From Bifidobacteriaceae bacterium (GTDB lineage: Bacteria; Actinomycetota; Actinomycetes; Actinomycetales; WQXJ01): 40,214 bases of DNA. How positions within the stretch are numbered: the stretch's first letter is position 1; each line of letters begins with the position of its first letter. The stretch spans positions 1 to 40,214 of the forward strand of contig JAIRRT010000117.1 of NCBI GenBank assembly GCA_031255835.1, written 5' to 3'. Below the pieces are notes generated by a model, which was not told the origin of the DNA, ran no database searches, and saw only the letters and a list, made by a program, of their open reading frames with translations. The translations under genes were made by a program, and so were the position numbers. Positions 1 to 7,774 of the stretch are shown here, in pieces.

Positions 1-142
1 ATCTCAGACCCCACAATCCGAGAACGGCAGCCGCGCAAAGCTGCGCCCCAGATTCCAAGAAACCACAACCCGAGACTACCGCCCCCACCAACCCCTTCGG
101 TCACCCAGCCAGTGCAAGGAAAGGTCGGCCGGAGAACCCAAC

Positions 143-172
143 GTAGACATAAGTCTACTCACCCTGTAGGCT
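143..172 (+). promoter_or_regulatory. Leaderless sigma-A-type promoter of the TA operon with overlapping palindromic operator
   Basis: TAGACA (144-149), 17-bp spacer, TAGGCT (167-172), 6 nt, then ATG at 179. Perfect inverted repeat GTAGAC-ataa-GTCTAC (143-158) covers the -35. Confidence 0.7.
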
Positions 173-178
173 GGCCAG

Positions 179-463
179 ATGACCGCTGAGCCTGCAGAGG
201 TACCTCTGATCACCGTCGGGCAGCTGAGACAGAATCCGTCGCAGATGATCCACGAGGTGCGCCAAGGGCGCTCGTACGTCCTGACTGACCGTGGTGTGCC
301 AACCGCGCGCATAGTTCCCTTCCAGCCCGATGCCGCACCTGTGCCTTTGTCAACGGTGCTTGCACTGATCAACCTGCCGCCTGACGCGGCCTGGGATGAG
401 GATCGGCGAGGATTTCGCGAAGGGTTTGACCTGGCCGATCCCTGGGACGGAGCAGCCGAATGA
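179..463 (+). CDS. vapB: Phd/YefM-family type II antitoxin (VapB role)
   Basis: 94 aa; ITVGQLRQNPSQMIHEVRQGRSYVLTDRGVPTARIVP matches the Phd N-terminal DNA-binding pattern; acidic C-terminus; ATGA overlap with the downstream PIN gene. Confidence 0.88.
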   Translation: MTAEPAEVPLITVGQLRQNPSQMIHEVRQGRSYVLTDRGVPTARIVPFQPDAAPVPLSTVLALINLPPDAAWDEDRRGFREGFDLADPWDGAAE

Positions 464-855
464 GGGTTGTGCTCGACACCAACATCCTCATCGGTGCGGA
501 AATCCAACCAGCCCAGGCAGAGCGCTTCGAGGGCTTTGTCACCGCGATCTCATATGCGGAATTGGCGTTCGGTTTGGCATCCCCAAGCCTGCCTACCGCC
601 GAGCGCGTCATCCGAGAGGACCGCCTGGCTCGCATCCGGGAGGCATTTGGACCGGGACTGCCGTTCGACGATGCCGCGGCCCAGTCCTATGGATTGCTCA
701 CCCAGCTGATCCTGGGCACCGGTGGCTCGGTCAGGGGCAGGCAGGTGGACCTGATGATCGCCGCCATCGCCCACTCCCACCGCATGCCAGTCCTGACTCG
801 CGACACCACCGGATTCGCAGGAATAGACCCCCTAGTCCAGGTGATGGCTCCCTGA
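460..855 (+). CDS. vapC: PIN-domain ribonuclease toxin
   Basis: 131 aa; VVLDTNILI, ISYAELAFG, DLMIAAIA and LTRD carry the conserved PIN acidic residues. Confidence 0.92.
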   Translation: MRVVLDTNILIGAEIQPAQAERFEGFVTAISYAELAFGLASPSLPTAERVIREDRLARIREAFGPGLPFDDAAAQSYGLLTQLILGTGGSVRGRQVDLMIAAIAHSHRMPVLTRDTTGFAGIDPLVQVMAP

Positions 856-914
856 TGTGGGGGTGTGGCGCCGGGGGAGCCGGGGTTGGCGGCTGGGGCG
901 AGGATGATGGGGCG

Positions 915-969
915 GCGGCAGATTGCGCACGCGGAGTGCGGCAGATTGCGCACGCAACCTGCGGCAGAT
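915..969 (+). repeat. 23-bp-period direct repeat (GCGGCAGATTGCGCACGC x2 plus a partial copy)
   Basis: Exact 18-mers at 915-932 and 938-955, partial copy at 961-969, separated by 5-nt spacers GGAGT and AACCT. Confidence 0.85.
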
Positions 970-1090
970 CGGGCATTCGGGGGGAGGCGGGGTGCTGGTG
1001 GGGTGCCTTAACAGGCGTGGGTGTGTAGCAGGAGTCGAGCAGGTAGATCCTGGCGCGGAGTTTTGGGTTCCCGTTGTTTCCGGCTTGCGG

Positions 1091-2860
1091 CTAGGGGATT
1101 AGGCGGGTTTTTGGGGATTGGGTGGATTGGTCGGTTGGGGGGAAGGTGGGGGTTGGGGTGATTCTTAGGGTTTGGATTCTGGGGGTGTGTTCTGGGGTTA
1201 GGAGGATCTCTATGCGCAGTGGGGTCCGCTCGGCCGGGAGGGTCCACCAGATGTGAGCTTCGGACTTGGCTTGGATGGTCCCGGCTCGGGCTGCACCCTC
1301 GCCGCTGGCCGTGCTTCCGGCTCGGCCAGCGGTATCGCCCGGAACCGAACCACCGCTGTGACCTGCTGCATCGCCTGCACCGGGGCCGGGGCCCTCGCTT
1401 GTAGCCTCACCAGCCGGCGCGGTGGAGCTGGGGGCCGCGCCCTCGCTGGCAGCCTCACCAGCCGGCGCGGCGGAGCTGGGGGCCGCGCCCTCGCTTGTAG
1501 CCTCACCGGCTGGCGCGCTGGTTAAGGGGCCGGTGATCTGGAGGGATTTTGCAAGGGCTTGGCGGCGGTCGGGGAGGGGTTGGTCGGCGTCTACGTTCTC
1601 GGCGTAGATCGGGAGGTCGAAGGGGTCGCGGCCGGCTAGGAGTTCGGCGTTGATTAGGTCGCGGTAGTGCAGGGCCTCGGGCCAGGGGCGGATGGACCGG
1701 GCTACGGCGCCGGCCTCGGCTAGAACCACGCGCAGCACTCGGGCGGCGATGGTTGAGGAGTGGGCGTAACGCCCGTTTGCCAGCACAATCACGCCTATGC
1801 CTGAGTCAAGGTGCCAGCGCATCGCTGTGCCGAACCCTGGGTATCCGCCGGAGTGGTGGGCCATGTCGCCCAGCGTTGGATCGTGCTCCAGCATCAAGCC
1901 GTAGCCGTAGGAAGCGATGGAGCTCCCCTCCGCAACTGTCAGGCGTCCGCGCGAAGAACCCTGGCGGATGATCGGGGCTACTGCCGCATGCGAGATGGCC
2001 ATGTCGCGGCGCGAGGCGGTGGACAAGACTGATGGGACGGCATCGTCGGTGGGAGGGTGGGCTGCGGCTAGCCAGTTTACCCACTTGGACATATCTTCTA
2101 CGTTGCTCAGCAGGCCACCAATTGGCGAGAATGCACCTGGTCCGGAGAATGGAACTGGCACCCATTGACCTTGCCTATCGCAATATCCAGTTGCCCTCAA
2201 AGACGCCGGCACAGCCGCATAGTCATAATAGGTTCGGTGCAGTCCCAGGGGCTCCAACAAATGGCGTTCAACAAACTCGATGAACGGCATTTCGCTGAGC
2301 CGCTCCACCACCAACCCGAGCAAAGCGTAGCCTGCGTTGGAGTACTCGAACCGCACTCCCGGCGCGCTGACCAGGCGAAACCCTTCCCGGACAACCTGCT
2401 GGAACTCGGCGGCCGGCATCGATTCGAGGCGGTCGGCCCAGGGGTCGTCAACCGGCAACCCGGAGGTCATCGCCAGCAAATGCGCCAAATTGATATCGGG
2501 AGAATCGGCCGAATACCGCGCCATTCGCGCCATTGACGGAACATAGTCTGCCGCTGGATCGGTTATCCGCAATTCACCTGCCTCGGCCAGCATCAAAATA
2601 GCTGCTGCCGTGAAACTCTTCGACATTGAAGCGATCCGAAATACCGTCGATGACGTCGGCAAGCCAGCCCCAATTGCCGCCGCCCCGCAACCGCCGCTCG
2701 CCACCAACCCGTCCCGCGTCGTGATACCCCAGGCCGCGCCCGGAGCGTTGCGCTCGGCCACCAAGGCTCCCACCAGCCGCTCCACCTCGGCCAGCAACGC
2801 CTCACTTGGCGTCCACTCGCCAACCGGCCCGCGCCGCGCCTCCACCTCGTTCACATCCAT
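1091..2860 (-). CDS. Serine hydrolase, beta-lactamase class C / PBP-like family
   Basis: FRIASMSKSF (SxxK), FEYSNAGY (YxN), HSGGYPGF. Start moved to ATG 2860 (MDVNEV), which follows a GAAAGGA SD. No signal peptide. Confidence 0.85.
   Translation of the reverse strand: MDVNEVEARRGPVGEWTPSEALLAEVERLVGALVAERNAPGAAWGITTRDGLVASGGCGAAAIGAGLPTSSTVFRIASMSKSFTAAAILMLAEAGELRITDPAADYVPSMARMARYSADSPDINLAHLLAMTSGLPVDDPWADRLESMPAAEFQQVVREGFRLVSAPGVRFEYSNAGYALLGLVVERLSEMPFIEFVERHLLEPLGLHRTYYDYAAVPASLRATGYCDRQGQWVPVPFSGPGAFSPIGGLLSNVEDMSKWVNWLAAAHPPTDDAVPSVLSTASRRDMAISHAAVAPIIRQGSSRGRLTVAEGSSIASYGYGLMLEHDPTLGDMAHHSGGYPGFGTAMRWHLDSGIGVIVLANGRYAHSSTIAARVLRVVLAEAGAVARSIRPWPEALHYRDLINAELLAGRDPFDLPIYAENVDADQPLPDRRQALAKSLQITGPLTSAPAGEATSEGAAPSSAAPAGEAASEGAAPSSTAPAGEATSEGPGPGAGDAAGHSGGSVPGDTAGRAGSTASGEGAARAGTIQAKSEAHIWWTLPAERTPLRIEILLTPEHTPRIQTLRITPTPTFPPTDQSTQSPKTRLIP
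1391..1517. repeat. 48-bp in-frame tandem repeat (~2.6 copies) encoding APAGEATSEGAAPSS(A/T)
   Basis: GCCCTCGCT recurs at 1391, 1439 and 1487. Confidence 0.9.
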
Positions 2861-2882
2861 GGTCTGCCGTCCTTTCGCTCGC

Positions 2883-4160
2883 CTATTCGCGCCCAGCGCC
2901 ACGCAGCCAACCCGCCCCGCGCAGCCAACCCGCGCCGAGGGCAAACGTCGCCACCGCGTCAGCCGTTGCCGCCTGAAGCAGCTCGCTGGCCTGGGCCATC
3001 AGTTGATCGGCAGTGCGCGGACCATCGGCTATAGAACGCATCCCGACGATTCCGCTCCCCGCCAACTCATCCCGCCTCACCTTGACCGCCCCAGCCACCA
3101 CCAGCACCGGAACCCGGGCCTGATGCGCCAACGCACCGAGCGTGCCCACAACCTTGCCCGAAAGCGACTGCGAATCGAACGATCCCTCGCCGGTCAACAC
3201 CAAATCAGCCCTGCCCAACTGGTCGCTCAACCCCACCGCGTCAGCGATCAGAGCCGCGCCGGGCACCAGCTCAGCGCCAAACGCCGCCACCAGCCCGGCT
3301 GGCAGCCCGCCGGCCGCGCCCATCCCCGGCGCGTCGCCATCCAGCGGCCCCACATCGCGGGCAAGCACCTCGGCAAAGTGCGCCAACCCCTCGTCCAATA
3401 TCGCCACATCCTGCGGCGCCGCCCCCTTCTGCGGCCCAAACACAGCCGCCGCCCCCCGCGGCCCAGTCAGCGGATTATCGACGTCGCAGGCCAACTGCCA
3501 CCTCGCGGCGCGCGCCGCATCGCTCAGCCCGCCCAGGTCAATCCGGTCGATCTGCCGCAGGGCGGACCCGCCATCGTCGACCTCACTGCCGCGGGTGTCG
3601 AGCAGGCGGGCGCCCAGCGCGCGCAGCACCCCGGCACCGCCATCCGTGCAAGCCGACCCACCCAGCCCAAGCAGGATCCTGCGCGCCCCCCGCTCCAACG
3701 CATCGCGAATCACCAGGCCAGTTCCGCGGCTGGACGCGACCAGCGGAGACAGGTGGTCCGCCACCTGAGGCAGTCCGCTGGCCTGAGCCACCTCGACGAT
3801 GCCGCACCCCGCCTCATCAAGTGCGTACCGGGCGGTGCATGGCCGGCCTATCGCGTCGATGGTGGCGACGGAGTGCACCTCCACCTTTCCGCCTTGCCCC
3901 TGGAGGCCACTCAACGCCTCCACCGTCCCCTCTCCGCCATCGGCCATCGGGTAAATGCCCAGGTCAGCGGCAGGCAGGACGGCGCGCACTGCGGCGGCCA
4001 TAGCGCTGGAGGCCTCGGTGGCGCTGAGCGATCCCTTGAACGAATCGGGCGCCACAATCACAAGCCGCCCCTCCGCTGGATCATCCGCGCGCCCGGCGCC
4101 TGCCGCCGGCTCCCACGGTTCGCGCCCGCCAGCCGGCTCACCCACCCGCGTGCCACGCAT
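2883..4160 (-). CDS. glxK: Glycerate kinase (GlxK/GarK family)
   Basis: IVAPDSFKGSL, PMADGGEGT, GLGGSACTDGG, CDVDNPL, FGPQKGA, GAAGG, TGEGSFDSQSLSGKV. Start uncertain (ATG 4160 chosen). C-terminus contains an 18-bp repeat (GAGWLR x2). Confidence 0.92.
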   Translation of the reverse strand: MRGTRVGEPAGGREPWEPAAGAGRADDPAEGRLVIVAPDSFKGSLSATEASSAMAAAVRAVLPAADLGIYPMADGGEGTVEALSGLQGQGGKVEVHSVATIDAIGRPCTARYALDEAGCGIVEVAQASGLPQVADHLSPLVASSRGTGLVIRDALERGARRILLGLGGSACTDGGAGVLRALGARLLDTRGSEVDDGGSALRQIDRIDLGGLSDAARAARWQLACDVDNPLTGPRGAAAVFGPQKGAAPQDVAILDEGLAHFAEVLARDVGPLDGDAPGMGAAGGLPAGLVAAFGAELVPGAALIADAVGLSDQLGRADLVLTGEGSFDSQSLSGKVVGTLGALAHQARVPVLVVAGAVKVRRDELAGSGIVGMRSIADGPRTADQLMAQASELLQAATADAVATFALGAGWLRGAGWLRGAGRE

Positions 4161-4177
4161 TGTCCGTAGGCCCGGCG

Positions 4178-5110
4178 CTATGCGGTGAGGTTTGCCGCGA
4201 GGCCCGCCGGTTGGTTTTCCGATGCCGTCAGCCAATCGAGCCATTCGTCAATTCCAACCCCCGTCTTGGCCGACGCCGAGATGACCCGCGCCGTGGGATT
4301 GACCGCCGCCAGATTTGCCAGGAAAGCCCCGGAATCGAAGTCGAGATACGGCAACAAATCGACCTTGTTCACCACTACGGCCTCAACCACCTTGAACATC
4401 ACCGGGTATTTCAGCGGCTTGTCCTCACCCTCGGTCACCGAGAAAACCATCGCTTTGCGATGCGCCCCAACATCGAACTCGGCCGGGCACACCAGATTCC
4501 CGACGTTCTCAATCAGCAGCAAATCGAGCGCTTCCAAATCCAGATCACGCAGCGCCCGAGCCACCATCGGCGCGTCCAAATGGCACTCCCCGCCAAACCC
4601 GTTTCCGGTGTTGAGAAGCGCCACCTGATCCGCCAGCCCCCGCAACCGGTCCGCATCAATGGCAGTTTCGATATCCCCCTCGACGATGCCGGCCCTCACC
4701 CTGGCGCCCCCGCTCGCCTCCGCGCGCTGCCGCAGCGCCTTGAGTGTTGCCGCCAGCAGGGTGGTCTTGCCGGCGCCGGGCGAGGACATGATGTTGACGG
4801 CGGTGACGCCGGCTGCATCGAAGGCGGCCCGGTTGGCGGCTGCGGCGGCATCGTTCTCCGAAAAGATCCGCTCCAGCACCTCGACTCGCTCCACCTCGGT
4901 GCCGTAGCCCGAATGGTCGCCAACCCACTGGCTCGGCTCCTCGCCGTGGGGGTGAGAGTGGGCGTGGTCAGCCCCGTCCCCATGGGAGTGCCCCACCCCG
5001 TCATCATGCGAATGGGAATGCCCCTGTTCGCCATCGCGGGAGTGCCCAGCCACGTCATCGTGGGAATGGGAGTGAACTGTTCCGTCATCGTGGCGGTGGA
5101 ATCGCCCCAT
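4178..5110 (-). CDS. hypB: Hydrogenase nickel-insertion GTPase HypB
   Basis: His-rich N-terminus, SSPGAGKTT, GECHLDA, ENVGNLVCPA, EGEDKPLKYP, NKVD; AGGAGG SD before ATG 5110. Confidence 0.96.
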   Translation of the reverse strand: MGRFHRHDDGTVHSHSHDDVAGHSRDGEQGHSHSHDDGVGHSHGDGADHAHSHPHGEEPSQWVGDHSGYGTEVERVEVLERIFSENDAAAAANRAAFDAAGVTAVNIMSSPGAGKTTLLAATLKALRQRAEASGGARVRAGIVEGDIETAIDADRLRGLADQVALLNTGNGFGGECHLDAPMVARALRDLDLEALDLLLIENVGNLVCPAEFDVGAHRKAMVFSVTEGEDKPLKYPVMFKVVEAVVVNKVDLLPYLDFDSGAFLANLAAVNPTARVISASAKTGVGIDEWLDWLTASENQPAGLAANLTA

Positions 5111-5124
5111 CGCGCTGCCTCCTA

Positions 5125-5496
5125 TCAATCCGCCGCAAGACTACTCGCGCGGGGTCCTGGCTTCGCGACATCCACGGCGCGGACGGTGAACTCCTCGCCA
5201 GCCACCACGTGCAGCGCCGCACCGCCGCAAGCCGGGCAGGCCGGCGGGACAAAGAAGTCGAACTCGGACACCGCACGGCAACTCGCGCACTCGACGGCCC
5301 CGGCAATAGTGCGGACCAGCAGTTTGGAGCCATCCAGCGCAGTGCCCTGGACCACAATGCCCCAGCAGTAGACCATGCTCTCCGGCACGGCCTGGCGCAA
5401 TTGGCCAACATCGATGTGAACCGCAACCACGGGCCGGTCAGGCACGGCTTGGCGCACAATTCGATAGATCGACTGGCACAGCGACAGCTCATGCAT
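5125..5496 (-). CDS. hypA: Hydrogenase nickel metallochaperone HypA
   Basis: N-terminal MHELS and two CxxC motifs (CASC, CPAC); AGGAGG SD at 5511-5506. Confidence 0.95.
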   Translation of the reverse strand: MHELSLCQSIYRIVRQAVPDRPVVAVHIDVGQLRQAVPESMVYCWGIVVQGTALDGSKLLVRTIAGAVECASCRAVSEFDFFVPPACPACGGAALHVVAGEEFTVRAVDVAKPGPRASSLAAD

Positions 5497-5657
5497 CCCA
5501 GCCAGCCTCCTTCGCCAACCCAACCCAACCCCAAACCCAACACCGCCCAGCATGGCCGGTCCCCACTCGCGGCGCCAGTTGCGATTGCCGGTGGGGCGCA
5601 ACTTAGGGCAGACTTACTAGGCCGTCTATTGTTGTCCAGCCGGCCTGATCACGGAAG

Positions 5658-6698
5658 GTGCCCCGCTCCTTGGTTCCAAGCCATCCCGCCCCATCCGGCC
5701 GCGGTGCGCCAATCGGCATCGTCCTGGTCAATTTGGGCACCCCTGCTCAGCCAAAACCGCAGGCTGTGCGACGTTTTTTGCGCGAGTTCCTGAGTGACAA
5801 GCGGGTTGTCGAGGCGCCGGCCCTACCCTGGCGGGTCTGCCTGGAACTGTGCATCCTGCCAATCCGCTCGCGCCGCTCCGCCGCCAAGTACTCCCAGGTC
5901 TGGTACCCCGAGGGCTCGCCCATCCTGGTCCACACCCGGGCCCAAGCCGACGCCCTCCAGGCTGACCTGGGCGAGCACTTCGCAGTCCGCGCGGCCATGC
6001 GCTACGGCGAGCCGTCCATCAGCGCCGAGCTGGACTCCCTGGCCCAGGCCGGAGTCAGCCAGGTGCTCATCCTGCCGATGTATCCACAGTTCTCCGGCAC
6101 CACCGTCGCCACCATCTACGATGCCGTAGCCCAGCACTACCGCAGCCGTCGCGACCAGCCAGAATTGCGCTTTGTGCGGTCCTTCCCCACCGATCCGAAC
6201 TACATCGAGGCGCTCGCCCAGCGGATCGAGGCCACGTGGGCCGCCGCCTCCCGCCCCGACTTCGCCGCAGGTGACAAGCTCATTTTGTCCTTCCACGGCA
6301 TCCCCCAATCGATGGTCCGCGCCGGAGACCCCTACCACGGCGAATGCCAGGCCACCGCCGCCGCCCTGCGCGCCCGGCTCGGCCTTGAAGAGGCACAATG
6401 CCTGACCACTTTCCAATCGAAGTTCGGCCCCTCACCCTGGCTGGAGCCCGCCACAATCGACACGGTCACCGCCGCCGGCCAAGCCGGAGCGGGCCGGATC
6501 GACGTGGTCTGCCCTGGATTCACCGCGGACTGCCTGGAAACCCTGGAAGAAATCGACCTGCTCAACCGCGAAGCCTTCACCCAGGCCGGCGGCGGCCGCT
6601 TTGTCCGCATACCATGCCTGAACGCCGAGAAACCCTGGATCGCGTCCCTCAGCGCCCTAGTCCGCCGTCAAACCACAGACTGGATCGCTGCACGATGA
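5658..6698 (+). CDS. hemH: Ferrochelatase
   Basis: LVNLGTP, FLREFLSD.RVVE, AMRYGEPSI, LPMYPQFS, SFHGIP, FQSKFGP..WLEP, PGFTADCLETLEEI, IPCLN. Confidence 0.95.
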   Translation: MPRSLVPSHPAPSGRGAPIGIVLVNLGTPAQPKPQAVRRFLREFLSDKRVVEAPALPWRVCLELCILPIRSRRSAAKYSQVWYPEGSPILVHTRAQADALQADLGEHFAVRAAMRYGEPSISAELDSLAQAGVSQVLILPMYPQFSGTTVATIYDAVAQHYRSRRDQPELRFVRSFPTDPNYIEALAQRIEATWAAASRPDFAAGDKLILSFHGIPQSMVRAGDPYHGECQATAAALRARLGLEEAQCLTTFQSKFGPSPWLEPATIDTVTAAGQAGAGRIDVVCPGFTADCLETLEEIDLLNREAFTQAGGGRFVRIPCLNAEKPWIASLSALVRRQTTDWIAAR

Positions 6699-6739
6699 CG
6701 TCCCATAACTGACGTTTCAACCATTGCCTTCGGCGTGCC

Positions 6740-6772
6740 GTCACCCTGGTGACAAAGCTGCCCCCATACGCT
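6740..6772 (+). promoter_or_regulatory. Putative leaderless promoter with palindrome upstream of the Rv3587c-like gene
   Basis: TACGCT at 6767-6772 lies 7 nt before GTG 6780; perfect inverted repeat GTCACC-ct-GGTGAC at 6740-6753. Confidence 0.5.
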
Positions 6773-6779
6773 GGTGCCT

Positions 6780-7571
6780 GTGAGTACCCTGATGCATCCG
6801 GTGGGACCGGAACCGGCTGCCGTGTACTGGCGCCGCCGGGCACTGGTGGCTGGGGGCGCCGTAGTCCTGCTCGTAATACTTGTCATGATCATCAAGGCAG
6901 CGGCTGGCGGCGGTAGCGAAGCCCCGAAGGCCAACACGCGCTCAAATGATGCCGTGCCAACGTTGAGCGGCAGCCCGTCCCCGATAGAAGAAACGCCCTT
7001 CTGCACTCAGGCCGACATCGAAGTCGAAGCTGAGGCCACAGATTCCACGTTCCCCGCCCCTGCCAAACCGACGTTCACTGTGGCGGTGCGCAACAAGGGC
7101 ATCATCAAATGCGTCATAGATCCGGCTTCGGTCAACGTCCACATCACCTCGGGCGATGACCGGATTTTCGATTCAGGTGACAACTGCGATGTCGCAGGTG
7201 AAGGCCAGGAACCTCCAGCTAACACCGAATCTGAAACCGAACCCGACACAGGCGCCACCCAGTCCGATGAAGAGTTGCTTGACGAACTCGATGGCGCTGA
7301 GGTTGAGACGACAGTGGACCCGATCGAACCAGCCGATGATGCCGGCCTGACCAGCGCTGATGCGCTTTCTGGGCTGACACCGCCGGCCAGCTCGCAGGTT
7401 GTGCTGCTTGAGCCGGGTTCCACCGAGCCGATTTTGGTGCCATGGACCAGGGAGCGGTCAGCTCCGTCCTGCGAGGACTACCTGCTGACCACACCGGGCA
7501 ACGGCACCTATCACGCAGTGTTCACCGTTGCTGGTGTTGCCTCCAACGATGTCGTATTCGAGTTGAGCTAG
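6780..7571 (+). CDS. Conserved actinobacterial membrane-anchored protein, Rv3587c-like
   Basis: N-terminal PVGPEPAAVYWRRR plus a hydrophobic helix; beta-rich C-terminal domain with 4 Cys, W...SAP.C and GTY, as recalled for M. tuberculosis Rv3587c; ~69-aa acidic insert. Confidence 0.75.
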   Translation: MSTLMHPVGPEPAAVYWRRRALVAGGAVVLLVILVMIIKAAAGGGSEAPKANTRSNDAVPTLSGSPSPIEETPFCTQADIEVEAEATDSTFPAPAKPTFTVAVRNKGIIKCVIDPASVNVHITSGDDRIFDSGDNCDVAGEGQEPPANTESETEPDTGATQSDEELLDELDGAEVETTVDPIEPADDAGLTSADALSGLTPPASSQVVLLEPGSTEPILVPWTRERSAPSCEDYLLTTPGNGTYHAVFTVAGVASNDVVFELS

Positions 7572-7604
7572 CCCCCAACCCCAGAACGGGAACCTAGACC
7601 AGGA

Positions 7605-7627
7605 GCCCCCGGCGTCGTGCCGGGGGC
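7605..7627. terminator. GC hairpin downstream of the Rv3587c-like gene
   Basis: GCCCCCGGC-gtcgt-GCCGGGGGC, a perfect 9-bp stem with no U-tract. Confidence 0.4.
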
Positions 7628-7713
7628 CTGAACCATGAAGCTGGGAACCCCCGGTCCAGAACCGGAACCCAAACCCAGCGTCTGCCCAGAGCCAAGGCCC
7701 CGGCCGAGCAGTG

Positions 7714-7763
7714 AAAACCCCCAGTCCGGCGCTGGGCACCCGAGCCCAGGCGCCGGACTGGGG
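7714..7763 (-). terminator. Intrinsic terminator of the giant adhesin gene
   Basis: 14-bp perfect stem CCCCAGTCCGGCGC (7719-7732) / GCGCCGGACTGGGG (7750-7763) plus a 5-bp inner stem; followed by GTTTT on the minus strand; begins ~11 nt after the stop codon. Confidence 0.8.
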
Positions 7764-7774
7764 AAACCCCAGCC

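Noticed and set aside
915-969. Possible mini-CRISPR array
   Set aside because: The repeat is only 18 bp, spacers are 5 nt, and there is no leader or cas gene.
1091-2860. Antibiotic-resistance beta-lactamase
   Set aside because: Has SxxK and YxN but no signal peptide and HSG in place of KTG; more likely a cytoplasmic esterase or peptidase.
2610-5371. Long plus-strand ORFs 2610-4169 (519 aa) and 4160-5371 (403 aa)
   Set aside because: Antisense shadows of glxK, hypB and hypA, expected in high-GC DNA; Arg/Pro-rich with no motifs.
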